DNA of 64,000 bases from Blasia pusilla (taxonomy: Eukaryota): the NCBI GenBank assembly GCA_050084515.1, contig CM114271.1, forward strand, positions 17,608,001 to 17,672,000, given 5' to 3'. Within the stretch, counting starts at the first letter, position 1, and each line of letters starts with the position of its first letter. Below, one piece after another: positions 52,819-64,000 of the stretch. A model generated the notes under the pieces. That model did not search any database. It saw nothing but the letters and a program-made list of their open reading frames with translations, and had not been told where the DNA came from. Both the position numbers and the translations under genes were made by a program.

Positions 52819-53652
52819 ATGGAAAGTAATTCTAGTAAGAGACAAAAGTCACTTACAGAATTAGGCTTTAATAGAAAATTGGAATGAGCCAATGCGCTCG
52901 TAGAAGATGTAGATGATTCCCAACATGATGACATGGATTCAATTGAACCCCTTCAATCTAAGATTGAAGAAAATAGAACGCAATGGAGAGATGCATGGTA
53001 TTCCGCCTTTGAATGGATAGAATTTGAGTCCCATACCGGATGAGTATTTTGTAAGATTTCTAGAGATAGTAAGGGAAGATCAGCCCTCACCACTCATGGA
53101 GCCCTGAATCTGAAAGTCTTACATATCATGGGAAATCCAAGAAACATGCTGGATTAGCCTGGGCTTACCATTGTGGGAAGAAAATACTTGGAAAGGCCAT
53201 AACCTCATCCAATAGGGCATGTGATGAAGCCTTGTTAACCCTCCTTCAAGCTACTTTCTTTGTTGCTAAGCAGCATAAAGCATTCTCTTGTTTCACGAGT
53301 CTTTGTGAGTTACTCAAGGTTGTTTCTACCAATATAACTAAGACCATGTATCAAGACGAAAAAGCTTGTGCATCAATGATAATATGCATAAGTCAAGTTG
53401 TGCATAACAGAGTCTTAAATAGAATAAGACTTAGCCCATTTTATGGACTTATCGTTGATGAGAGGATTGATGTCTCTATAACATGTCATCTCGTAGCCTT
53501 TACTACTTACATACATCAGGGGCAAGTAGTCACATCCTTTCTTGGATTGATTCGAGTTGACAACAAGGATGCAAACTCTATTTCAGATTGTATCCTAATT
53601 TTCTTGAGGGATTTTGATCATTTGGTATGGTTTGGCTCTGATGGAGCTAGTA
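52819..53652 (+). pseudogene. hAT-type transposase (ZNF862/DUF4371-like), truncated by a family A insertion
   Basis: WRDAWYSAFEWIEF..VFCKI, SPFYGLIVDERIDVS, FLGLIRV and FGSDGASM, with repeat A starting right at the end of that last motif. Confidence 0.8.
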
Positions 53653-54033
53653 TGTCACGTCCTTTAGGATAGATCGGTGAGATCTAGTAGAGTGTCTTTA
53701 AGAGTAGTGGAGGATAGGCCTAGGAGGTCGAGGATGACCTGCTGAGGCCCCGAGAAATCCGAGAGAGCAGGTTTCCCCTTCGTTTTGGCTCATTTGGAGC
53801 CATATTGAAGAACTTACTATTTTAGGTAAGTATCATTTTGAGTATATGATCGACTTTCTATTTTTTGGTAAGTGGCCCTTGACCTCCTACATCAGGTCAA
53901 GAGCCAAAGAGGTGACTATGGAGAATAGGTTACCATGGAAAGAGCTTGGGAGAGGGGAGGGATATATATCCCAAGGAGAGAGAGCTTGAGAGCTCATTCT
54001 CTCTTTGTTCAACCTCTTCACATGAGGCAGCGG
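53653..54033 (+). repeat. Family A repeat A (left terminus), interrupted at 54034
   Basis: TGTCACGTCCTTTAGGATAG... matches 961-1338. Confidence 0.92.
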
Positions 54034-55307
54034 TGTCGTATAGTAAAATCAACCAGTGTGTAAACTCCTTAGTGATTAAGTGTTAGATAGAGTTTCATTA
54101 GTATTAAATAAATTGGCTTAGAAAAAGGAGATTCTTATGTTTAAACCTCTTTATGGTGCCTCTTTTATGCGGGCCCAATTTTAGAAAAAAGAGGTAATAA
54201 ATAAAAGATGACTTTATAAAAGTAAAGTAGTTGCTTTAATGAAAAGCAAAAGTAGTCTAGGTTGGTGGCTAGGTTAGTTGGGGTAATTTGGAAAATATCA
54301 TGTGGGTAAAAGAGGATATTTTGGAAGAGATAAGAGGAAATCTACTTGTGTCAAAATGTGATTGGCTAAGCTTGGGAGGAAGCCATGTGGCACAAGATAA
54401 GATAAGCTCTATTTCGTACTCTTGTGGATCCTTTGTGAGTATATAAAGAGGAGGGACCTTCAAGGGTTCGGCACCTTCTATTCCACATCTTGAGTCTCTC
54501 GTGTCTCTCTTGAGTGTATGGCTTTGGGATTGCTTGCTCTTCCAATGAGAGTGGATCACCCCTCTTGGGAGAGTAACTTGACTATGGTCTATTCTTTGAG
54601 AGATTTCTAGAGTGTGGTGTGTGTGTGTGTGTGTGTGTGGGGATGAGAGGTTTGTCACCGTAGAGGAGTTTAGTCATACTAAAATAGCGGAAGTTTTGGC
54701 TGGTTACTTCCCAATGAGAGTGGATTACCCTCTTGGGAGAATAACTCCGCCAAAACCCATTCTTGAGGAGAGTAGAGAATGTGTGTCAAGCATGGATAGG
54801 GGTGGAGCAATTTTTGCCCGACTTTCCTTTCCTCAATCCTTACCATGTCAACGTACTCTTTGTAGATAGGCATTGGTTCACTTTCGCTATTTAGTTTATC
54901 ACTTTGGGGGGCGTTCATGAACCAGGTCATGCAATCTCCAACTCAGGTGATTCTTCCTATTGTCACATATGGAAGGACATGGGATTGTATTTTTGTATGT
55001 CCTTATATAGCGATCCATGGATGTCAATAGGCCTGCTCAAGTAGGGTTTAACACTAGTTGTGTTATCTTCCTCGTGTCAAGCGTAAAATAGTTTATAGGG
55101 ATTTTATAGTTAGGAATTTTGGGGTCCGATGTTAAGAAGTGATCGCCTCGGCACTTCCATTTGTGATACTCTGTGAGAGAATGGAGAGTGTACATCATAA
55201 TTTTATATTGAAAAAGAAGAACTTATTAGAGAGTTCACCTTGCATCAACCGTGATCTACCGCAGACTAGAAGGCCCGCCTGCTTGAAGAAAGACTCTCGA
55301 CACGACA
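54034..55307 (+). mobile_element. Solo-LTR-like unit (1274 bp)
   Basis: TGTCGT...ACGACA inverted termini, TATATAAG near 54440, and an internal ~38-bp duplication near 54540 and 54710. Confidence 0.65.
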
Positions 55308-57690
55308 ACGCTCTTGTGCAAGCGCCTCGCTCCACGCGGTCTGCACGTGCTCATCTGCCAATCGTCGAAGCTCCTCAGTCGAGTCCCACATCGGCACCTC
55401 TCCTCCACGGAATGATGCACCTACCATAACACTCCTCTCCATAGAAATATCGTGAACGGAGTATCCTCTGCATGGACATGTCCTCAATCAAATTACTAGG
55501 CCAAGTGATGGCGGTGCTAAATCGCTAAGGTTGCCATCTCTCATGGCGTTTCGATCATCGCACTGTGAATCGAACGGGTAATGAGCTAAGGCGCCCATCA
55601 ACCGATGTCATCCTCGCTCAGGGGACACTACTCCTCCCAATAATCCAGGGAAAACCCCATCGGGTATAACACTGCTCCACCAACCAAGACGTTGTAGGAC
55701 TCTATATCAGTCACTATCGCCTTGGCGCGTTTGCACTCATCGTAGGATGTCGGCGAATCCTCACCACGACCTCCTTTCGGGTGATATCGTGTGGTACTCG
55801 CTCCACCCAAGGATGTCAGATCCGGAATGGACAACGCTCCACATCGGCTCTCGTCAAGCCCAATCCTCTGAATGACGCTTTCCCCAACATCAAGGGTTGT
55901 GGTCTTGAATCCAACAAGACGCGCTGCGGACTAAAAGCTCTACCTCCATGACTCATTAACTGGAAGACCTCTCCTTGGCTATCTTGCAACACAACACTAG
56001 GAGAAGCCATGGCACGCTCTATCACGGGTGTTGCGGGCATCTCCGCCATTCTAGCAGCCGTAGCCTGCCATGAATATGACGTGGACGGTCCGAGCATTCG
56101 CTCCAAGGGCAGGTCCATCACCTCCTCTGCAATCACCTCTGAACGTGATGCAGGAACTCCAACTTTGCGCTCACATAGCGACGCAGCCAGCCGAAAAGCC
56201 TGGGCGGGCGTACCCCCCAACGTCATAACATCGGAAGCAGAAAATAAAGGAGTGCGGTACACAACGGTGGCAGCCCCCAACAATGTGCTCAACACATGCC
56301 CCTCCTGAGCATCAACAATAGGAGTCGTCACACTCGCTTCTCCCATCGCCCTCCGTGCCTGCACACCAACAACATCACCAACTCTCAAGGAACTTTGATG
56401 AGGACCCATCGATGGGGTCCTCATCGCTTCGGACAATGTGAAAGATTGAGGAAGCCTAGTCTGTTTTCTGGCTTCCCCTTGTTTTGGATCCAACTGTGCG
56501 GTTGCTCCATCTGGGCAACCCCGCACATCCAACCAGGATCCTCCCGATCTCTAGATGCTCCATATGAACTCGATGCCACGGTACCGGCATCGGGTAACCT
56601 CAATGCCATAGCGGCATGACGCTCTGAGGCGTATCGAGTAGCCATCCCGGCCTCACATCCGGCATCTCCCTCGGCGCGTCTAGGTGGTGGTACTCTACCT
56701 CCTCCACGGGCAGCTCCACCACCTTGTCGGGCAACTCCAGCTCCTCGTCCCCCAACGGGACCACTTGGTGCACGATCTCTAGGCCCACTCGGACCGGATA
56801 CTCGCTCTGGTGCCCTCTCTGGCCCTCGGTCCGAACGTAACTCAGGATGTAAACTCAAACACTTGGCGCATGTATGACCATACCTCTGATAATAGACACA
56901 CTGATAACCTCCTGGTGCAGCACCATCTCCTTCTCCGTGCTGAGGCATACGTCCATGACCCTGACGAGTGCAATGGCACTGATGATGGGCTCCACCACAT
57001 GACCAACAAGTAATAGTAGGCGGCTGCTGTTGAGCCGCATATGAAGGCGCAGGTCTCTGTGCCACAGGCTCCTAGTATCCTCCCTGAGCTCGTGGTGCCA
57101 CAATTGACCTATCTCGGAGTCCACGTTGATGCACAGGTGGTGTAGCCAATCGCCACTGCTCTCGCCCAAAACCCATGGTGGCTACGCTCTCCTCCGCCAT
57201 GTTGCGCTCAATGTTCTCGGCGGTCCTAAAAACATCTCTCAACGTAGGGGAGGTGTTCATAAGAAGCACCCTCACCGTGTCCCGCGTGGTCCGATCCAAC
57301 ATCGCGTACAATGACTGGATAGCCTGAGCCTCTGTCACCCCCTGAGTGACGTTGATCAACCGGTGCAAGCGAGTGTAAGCCTCACGTAAACCCTCACCCG
57401 GGCGCCTCTAGAAGTTGTGGATGCTCCGCAACTTTTCCGTCCGTACCCCTTGGTAGCTCGCCCTTAACTCAGCAAAGAGCTCAACCACGGGGTTGAACCT
57501 GGGACGAACCCGACAAGACGGTGCAACTGCTCCAGTGCGAATGACCCCTCCTATAACATCATTAGTGGAAGAGGAAGTAGCCTCTGCTGACTCCTCCTCC
57601 TCATCTGGGAACGGCTCCGTCCATGACACATAGTGGGGGTTGTAGTAGAGTCGCCATGCCTCAATCTCTTGGGCATATCTGTGGGAGAAC
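55308..57690 (-). mobile_element. Family A copy 3, internal fragment (gag-protease), cut about 80 bp before the MTase
   Basis: Colinear with 3521-5650. Has protease RVLLDSRPQPLMLG and knuckle CWSCGGAHHQCHC. Bounded by two other LTR insertions. Confidence 0.88.
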
Positions 57691-58875
57691 TGTGATACCC
57701 ATAATTTTGTACTTTGGAAGAAATGTATCTTTTTATTGAACAAAGACTCTTGTATATTATGGTTTGGATTATTATATGCAATTATGGAGAAGAACGATTA
57801 AGATTCAAGTGAATCACGAAGCTCCTAAGACAAGGCAGAGAGATGGAAGATCAAGGATTTGCCTTAGAGGAGAATCAAAAGTCGTAAAGAAGTATAAAGG
57901 ATCAACGCGAAGCTTAGCGAAGCTCAACGAAGCTCTGTATACGAAGTACTTCGCTCTTAATCGAAGCACGAAGAGCGAAGCACGAAGAGAATGAAGAATG
58001 AAGAACTTCGTCCTCCGGAAATTTAGCGCAGCAAAGCTCAGCATGATTGTGATTCGAACCAGCACATAGTTAAAACAATTAGACTAGGAAAGGGCGCGAC
58101 CCTTTGTATCAAATTGGTAGTTAGAACAGTTTTGTACCACGGATTCACAGGGACATAGGAAAAAGAACGCACACCATAGATCTAGGTAGTTACAAATATT
58201 GAAGAGACACCAACTTCATCAAGAACGCTTCGAATCATAGAAATGCTCCTACTCTCGAGAATATTTAAGAAACAGGACAGAAGCTATCATTATCATTCGC
58301 TCATGAAGTCCTTATGCTGTAGGAATGGTCCGAGCAAGAGAGTTGTACCCTCTCGCGCTTGTATATACTTTGAAGTCTTCCAATTCTTGATGGAGTAGCA
58401 AAGCAATCATTCATTCATTTTGATATGCGATGCTTATGTCTGAATATTCTTTTTGGGTCTGCCGAGTGAAGAGTGAATCAGGCGAACCTTTCTCATCAAT
58501 GGAATAATCAACATAGAGTTGTATCAAATCTGTTTGTGAGAGTAAACCTGCCCAAGACAGTTGAGTTCGAAAGTAGGAGAAGCCAACTTTATTCTTGAGG
58601 TCTCTGTGAGGTTCGAGATGTCGAGAGAACAAATTGTCTCGGAAAGGCGTTTTAAATTCCACTCGAGAGAATTGAAGAAGAAAACAAAGGTACTAAAAAG
58701 GATCGGAAGATGTTACTGGAATACTACATTTGAATTACATAATCAATTACACTTTTACAACATAAAAATCACTTTATACTCTCTTTTCAACCAACAATGA
58801 TCCTCTTGGGGATCGAACTCTATAATTGACTGTAAATAAGAAACACTTAGACATTACATATAGTCGAAGACTTTT

Positions 58876-58893
58876 TGGCGCCGCTGTCGGGGA
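58876..58893 (+). promoter_or_regulatory. Primer-binding site, tRNA-Asp type
   Basis: TGGCGCCGCTGTCGGGGA against the typical plant TGGCGCCGTTGCCGGGGA (2 mismatches). Confidence 0.75.
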
Positions 58894-59643
58894 TCATATC
58901 CTTGGCTGAGAAGGGAGAGAAAGACCCATGGGGAAGCAGGGAGCGGAGAAAGAAGCTTCGCCCCTAGACGACCCCACGATCTAGTTCTTACTAAAGATCA
59001 CCGGGTAGCTCTAGCGACCCCCGTAAGACAATATATGCTTGAAGATAACAATACATTTGCTACATTGGTGCTAGAGAAGATAGACCCACTAATTAGAATG
59101 GTCAAAGAACCAGTCGCCGAACGGTGCTTCGCCCATGGACGATAGTTGTACTTGGTGAAAACCCGATACTTCTCTTTATGGGAGGAAAACCTGGCAGGAA
59201 GCGTAGGAGCACCAGGCACCCTCCTGAAGATGTAAAAAGAATCAGTAGTTAACCTCCCTCCATGGACCCTTATCCTATCGCCACCGTGGGGGTGAACGCA
59301 AGTTGCGAAATCCCACAAGAAACTTATGGAAGGCTCTCAGCCCTCTTCGCGAGAGCAGCGAGCCGATTAGCAGTGATAGCGATGGCCGAAGAGCAGACAA
59401 CCAGCTTGGAGACCACCTGGTTCGTCTCCAAGTCTTCGTCCTCGTCTGAAGGCGAAGAGCAAGAAGAAAGAAAGGGACAAATTCTCCACTACGTCTCCTG
59501 CCAGTTTGCAGTCGGACGAAGAGTCGTCCTGGGACCCCTTTGGGGAGTCAGGGAGCGAGGAGCCGATCAGAGCACCTCGGGCGGCACCTTTACCTCCTCC
59601 CTCTCGAGCATCAAGCCCGGGAGCCAGCAGGAGAGAAGTTCCC

Positions 59644-60849
59644 ATGGCCAACACTAGAAAAACTCTGCTAAGGTACCCCACCTTTGCTGGGGGATGACGA
59701 GACGATGTGGATAACTTTGTTCTTGAATTTACCCATGTCGCAAAAGCCAACGGGGAAGGGGCAGAGGAGGATTTGTTACGAGTCTTTCCGGGCCTGCTCA
59801 AGAAGCGAGCAAGCCAGTGGTACGAAGGTCTCGGAGCAGAAGTCACGGAAACCTGGAAAAGGGTCTTGGAATCCTTCCTACATGAGTTCGCGACTTGGAG
59901 TTCGAGGACGAGGCTTCTTACAAAGCGGCGACAGAAGCGAAGAAAGAAGGAGACCCTCAGGGAATATACCCAAAGGTTCTGGAGCTTTGTGAATAAGCTG
60001 GAGCACACGACTACCTCCCAATTGGTAGATTGGTTCGTGTCCGGCTTATCCAAAGAAATGGATCGGTATTGCCGGAGAGGCCAACGGGATTCCCTGGAGG
60101 CGGTCATAGCCTCCGCTGAGGTGTACGAAGCCTCAGAAAAGTCCCGCCGAACACGAAGACGGCGTCACCAACGGAGAGGGGCATCGCAGACTAGTGCTTC
60201 GTCCGAAGACGGCGTCCTCCTGAACACGGAATCCTCTACGGAGGATTCGTCCGAGTCCTCGGACTCGGAGCAGGAGGTAAAAGCTAAAAGGAAAGGGAAG
60301 AGCAGGCATCATCGCTCCCCCAAGCACCAGACCAAAACCCGACCAAGAACCAAGCGTCGTCCTGAGCGGTCGGAAAGTCCATTAAGAGGGACGGCTAGGA
60401 AGGCCGGCAAGTCGGCCATGGAGGAACTCAGTAAACAAATGGCTGAGTTGAAGGTACATCTGGCGGCCCAGAAGGACCCCAGGAGACGACCCGGGTTGAT
60501 GAGGCCCAACCTTTGGTGTAGTAGTTGTGGAACCCATGGGCATATTGTACAAGAATGCCCTACTCAGAGGGATCTACGGTGGATCCAGGAAGAGGCCCCT
60601 ATTGAAGAAGGATGGTATGAACCGGAACAGTGGGAAGGGTGCTATGCCGTCCAAGCGGTGCCACCCCCAAACCCGGGGAGAAGTTGGATCACGCGGTATG
60701 TACCTCCGGAATACGGAGAACAGAGACCCCTGAGACACATTATGGGTGCGGCGGCCTTCACGCCACCCATCAAAAGAAATTGTTGTTATAACTGCGGTGC
60801 AGCAGACCATTGGGCCAATAATTGCCCAAACCCAAAGCGACCAGTGTGA
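59644..60849 (+). pseudogene. Gag of element C (frameshift near 59700)
   Basis: RASQWYEGL..TWKRVLESFLHEF, ETLREYTQRF, and knuckles CSSCGTHGHIVQEC and CYNCGAADHWANNC. Confidence 0.85.
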
Positions 60850-61616
60850 CTCAATCCCTTATCGCGGGAGCGCAAGAAGGCGGGCACTGCTGCCGGAATC
60901 TGTGAGCCCAAAGTCCCGCGTTTGTTGGTCAGATATGTAAATATTCCAGCGGCTCAACCAGAGCCCAAAAACGATGTAATGTACAACTGGTCCGGGTGGA
61001 AGAAGTAGTGTCACCGAGACCAAAGCGAGTCACCATCAGTGAGGAAGACTCGACCGAAGGGGCCAACGAGGAATCCTCGGACTGGCCCAAAGAATTCCAA
61101 GAAACTGTGTTGGCGGTCACCACGAGGTCGAAGAGAAGACCGCGGGGACCCCAAAGGTAAAGAAGGGTGCTTCGTCTTCGCGCGAAGATAGGGAGCCCAA
61201 GAACAAAGCTGTGAACACCTTACGTGCCGGGAAGGCCATCCTCAAAGGCGATGTGGACCTGGCCTTTGACCGAAGGCATCCGAAATACTTCCATCATGAT
61301 GTAGAGGATCAAGTCCGTGCTCAAGTTCATGAGGACCAAGAACCAGAGGGGAAACGGACCCCAGAGAAGACCAAGGCCAAACCAAGTACGACCGTCCAAG
61401 CCATGGCGACATCACCGCTGGTCCTAGAAGCTACGATTTCTTGAGGACTTGGCGTCAACCCGACCAACATAACCACCTCTGATTGCTAATGGATAACCCA
61501 AGTATACGGGAAAATCTTGCAGCGAGTGGAAAATCAGCCGCAAAAGACCGGGAAGTGGCGAAGCATCGCGATGGTGGATTTGTTCGTGATCGAAGTAGAA
61601 GACTTGGGAGCCCGAA

Positions 61617-63690
61617 GTGGAGGTGGAAATTGAGGGCCATACTATTAAGAAGGTCCCCATTGATTCCGGAAGCGGAATCAATATTATGACGGAGCAAACA
61701 GCTCGGGGCCTAGGGTACACGGTGTACGAGCCCACCGACAAGTATTTGCGGTTTGCGGATCAATCCCGGAAGAGACCCCTCGGACAGCTCACGCAAATTC
61801 CGACCATGCTCGGGGGGATGTTGTTTCTGTTGGACTACTTAGTCTTGCAGCCCTTGACCGCGACGGGCTATCCTTTGCTCATCGGAAGACCCTGGCTGTA
61901 TGGCGCGAGGGTGACTACAGATTGGAAAAGGCGACGTTTCACGTTCCAGGCGCTGAATCAGGTCTCGAAGCGGCTCATCAAGCTGTCATGGAAATCTCGA
62001 CCACCCCAAGGAGAGACGCCACCGACTGACGACGGCTATACGTCAAATCAAGACAACACCACCGCTACTAAGTCCTCGTCCAATGTATATTATTTAGAAT
62101 GTTATGAAATAGAAGAGGAGGCGGTACCCTCCAAGCCAAGGTCGACTCGAAAGGAAGAGAAGCTAGGTCATAGCACCTTCCAGTTTACAGAAAACATGGT
62201 TCAGGAGCAGGACTACGTCCAGGTCAATATTGCAGATCAAAAGTCTCTCCGCCTTTTGGCGGATTTGTCTCCCACCACACTTATAAAATATAAAAGACTA
62301 CTGTTTGAGTATTTGGATGTCTTTGCATACTCCATGGATGAAATGACAGGCATTCCCGCACAATATGGTGAACACCGAATTGATCTTAAAGAAGGGGCGG
62401 TCCCGGTGCGAATGCGACAATATCGACTGAATCCGAAGTACTCATTGTTAGTCAAGGACGAGATCGATCAGCGTCTCGAGGCAGGAATAATCTATCCGGT
62501 GTTAAGCAGCGAGTGGATGTCGCCCATCGTAATTGTACCTAAAAAACAAACGGGCAAAATCCGAGTGTGCCAGGACTATCGGAAATTAAATGCCGCCACC
62601 TTAAAAGACCACCATCCTCTACCTTTCACCGGCGGTATTTTGGATAAAGTGGCCGGGCACGAGCGTTATACTTTCTTGGACAAATATTCGGGGTACAACC
62701 AGGTATCCATACGAGAAAAGGATCGTCCCCTCACAACGTTCACAACGGACTAGGGAACTTTCGCATATCGCGTAATGCCTTTTGGGTTGTGCAATGCCCC
62801 GGCTACTTTCCAACGGATGATGATCTCCATCTTGACAAGGAGAAAGAGTCTGATTCGCTTGATCTGAGAACCTCCATCTTCAAGGAGTTCGTGGAAGTTC
62901 TTGGAAATCTTTTAGACGATTTTTGTATCTTGACGGAGGCCAAACATCTGGAAAAGTTAGAGTTAACACTCACGCTTGTCGCATGAAGTGCATTTGTCCT
63001 GCATCCGGACAAATCGTATATCGCTATGAAACAAGGAATTTCTTTGGGACGAGTGTCGGCGCAAGGAATTGAGGTCGACAAGGCCAAGGTGGATATTATC
63101 GTTGTATTGGAACCACCTACTAATCTCCGGGAATTGAGAGGATTCTTGGGACATGTCGGGTACTATCGACGGTTTATTAAAGATTACGGGGTAAAAGCGG
63201 GCGCTCTTACTGCATTACTTAAGAAGACCACCGAATGGGAGTGGACACCAACGTGCCAAGTGGCATTTGACACCTTAAAAGACGCATTGCAAAAAGCTCC
63301 TGTACTTCGGTCCCCCGATTGGACCAAACCCTTCCACATATATGTGGACACATCCTCATTTGGCATTGGAGTAGTGCTCAGCGAATTGGATGAGCACAAA
63401 CATGATTTTCCAATTTACTACGCCGGCCGACAACTATCGGCGGCAGTGCAGAAATATACAACTACCAAACGAGAGGCTTTAGCATGGTCTTCTCGTGTAA
63501 AAAGTTCCGGCACTATTTATTAGGGTACGAATTTGTCTTTCATGTGGATTATTTTGCACTCAAACCCTTGATGGTGAAAGCCGACCTGTCATGACGCATT
63601 GCACGGTGGATCTTGTTGCTACAAGAATTCACATTCGATGTGGTGACCCAGGCCAGCAAGGTGCATACCAATGCCGATTTTGTTTCACCC
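61617..63690 (+). pseudogene. Pol of element C: protease-RT-RNaseH with stops and frameshifts
   Basis: IDSGSGINIM, LLIGRPWL, WMSPIVIVPKK, RVCQDYRKLN, MPFGLCNAPATFQR, LDDF, LRGFLGHVGYYRRFI, FHIYVDTS, HTNADF. Confidence 0.92.
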
Positions 63691-64000
63691 CTTTGGACAT
63701 CACCCCGATTGTGTGGTGTATCCCAGATGAGGGTATTCGGGTGTTGGATCTCTTTGGAGGGATCCAAAGAGATCCAACCCCTCCATTTACCCCTCCGTTT
63801 TCCCGACTTGTTTTCTGTGCCCGCCATTAAGGGTTACCTCATTTCCCTACCGAGGGACATTTCATTATTTGGGGCGCGGGACTTCGAGCAGGTAGGGAGC
63901 ATAGACTTGGTCACTCCTGGTTGGTCATGATAGGGCCAGTCGGGTGCTCGACGGAGAAGCGGATTAAATGACTCTCGTTCCATGTTATTTTGGGAAATGA
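63690..64000 (+). pseudogene. DNMT3-like C5-MTase N-terminal part (runs off the window)
   Basis: TPIVWCIPDEGIRVLDLFGGI, then FPDLFS..AIKGY..SLPRDISL..DFEQVGSIDLVTPGWS**GQSGA...GLNDSRSMLFWEM. Colinear with 3480-3090. Confidence 0.88.

Larger units (their letters stand above)
57691..64000 (+). mobile_element. Ty3/Gypsy element C (5' LTR, tRNA-Asp-type PBS, gag, PR, RT, RNaseH), running into an MTase segment
   Basis: Starts TGTGATACC where family A gag is interrupted. PBS at 58876. Standard Gypsy domain order. Confidence 0.88.

Noticed and set aside
59367-60107. 246-aa antisense ORF in element C
   Set aside because: It is a shadow frame of gag with no recognisable motif.

Overview
This is eukaryotic land-plant DNA, probably from a non-seed plant such as a bryophyte (inferred from gene sequences and transposon types). 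It holds three intron-containing host genes: a WD40 gene like WDR89/GTS1 (+, 16.4-19.7 kb), a BAT1-like amino-acid/GABA permease (-, 27.4-30.7 kb) and TAF2 (-, 40.2-50.0 kb). Between them lie nested, mostly decayed transposons: Ty3/Gypsy, Copia, an RLE-type LINE, hAT and small Helitrons. The main signal is a Ty3/Gypsy-type family whose pol carries a DNMT3-like C5 cytosine methyltransferase between protease and RT, with motifs I, IV, VI, VIII, IX and X readable at ~2.5-3.45 kb and partial copies at ~8.0 kb and 63.7-64.0 kb. The same family ends its integrase in a PHD finger. It also has split direct repeats (A...PPT-B-A-B) instead of two ordinary LTRs. All copies here are pseudogenised. Translations and alignments were done by eye, and no database searches were run.
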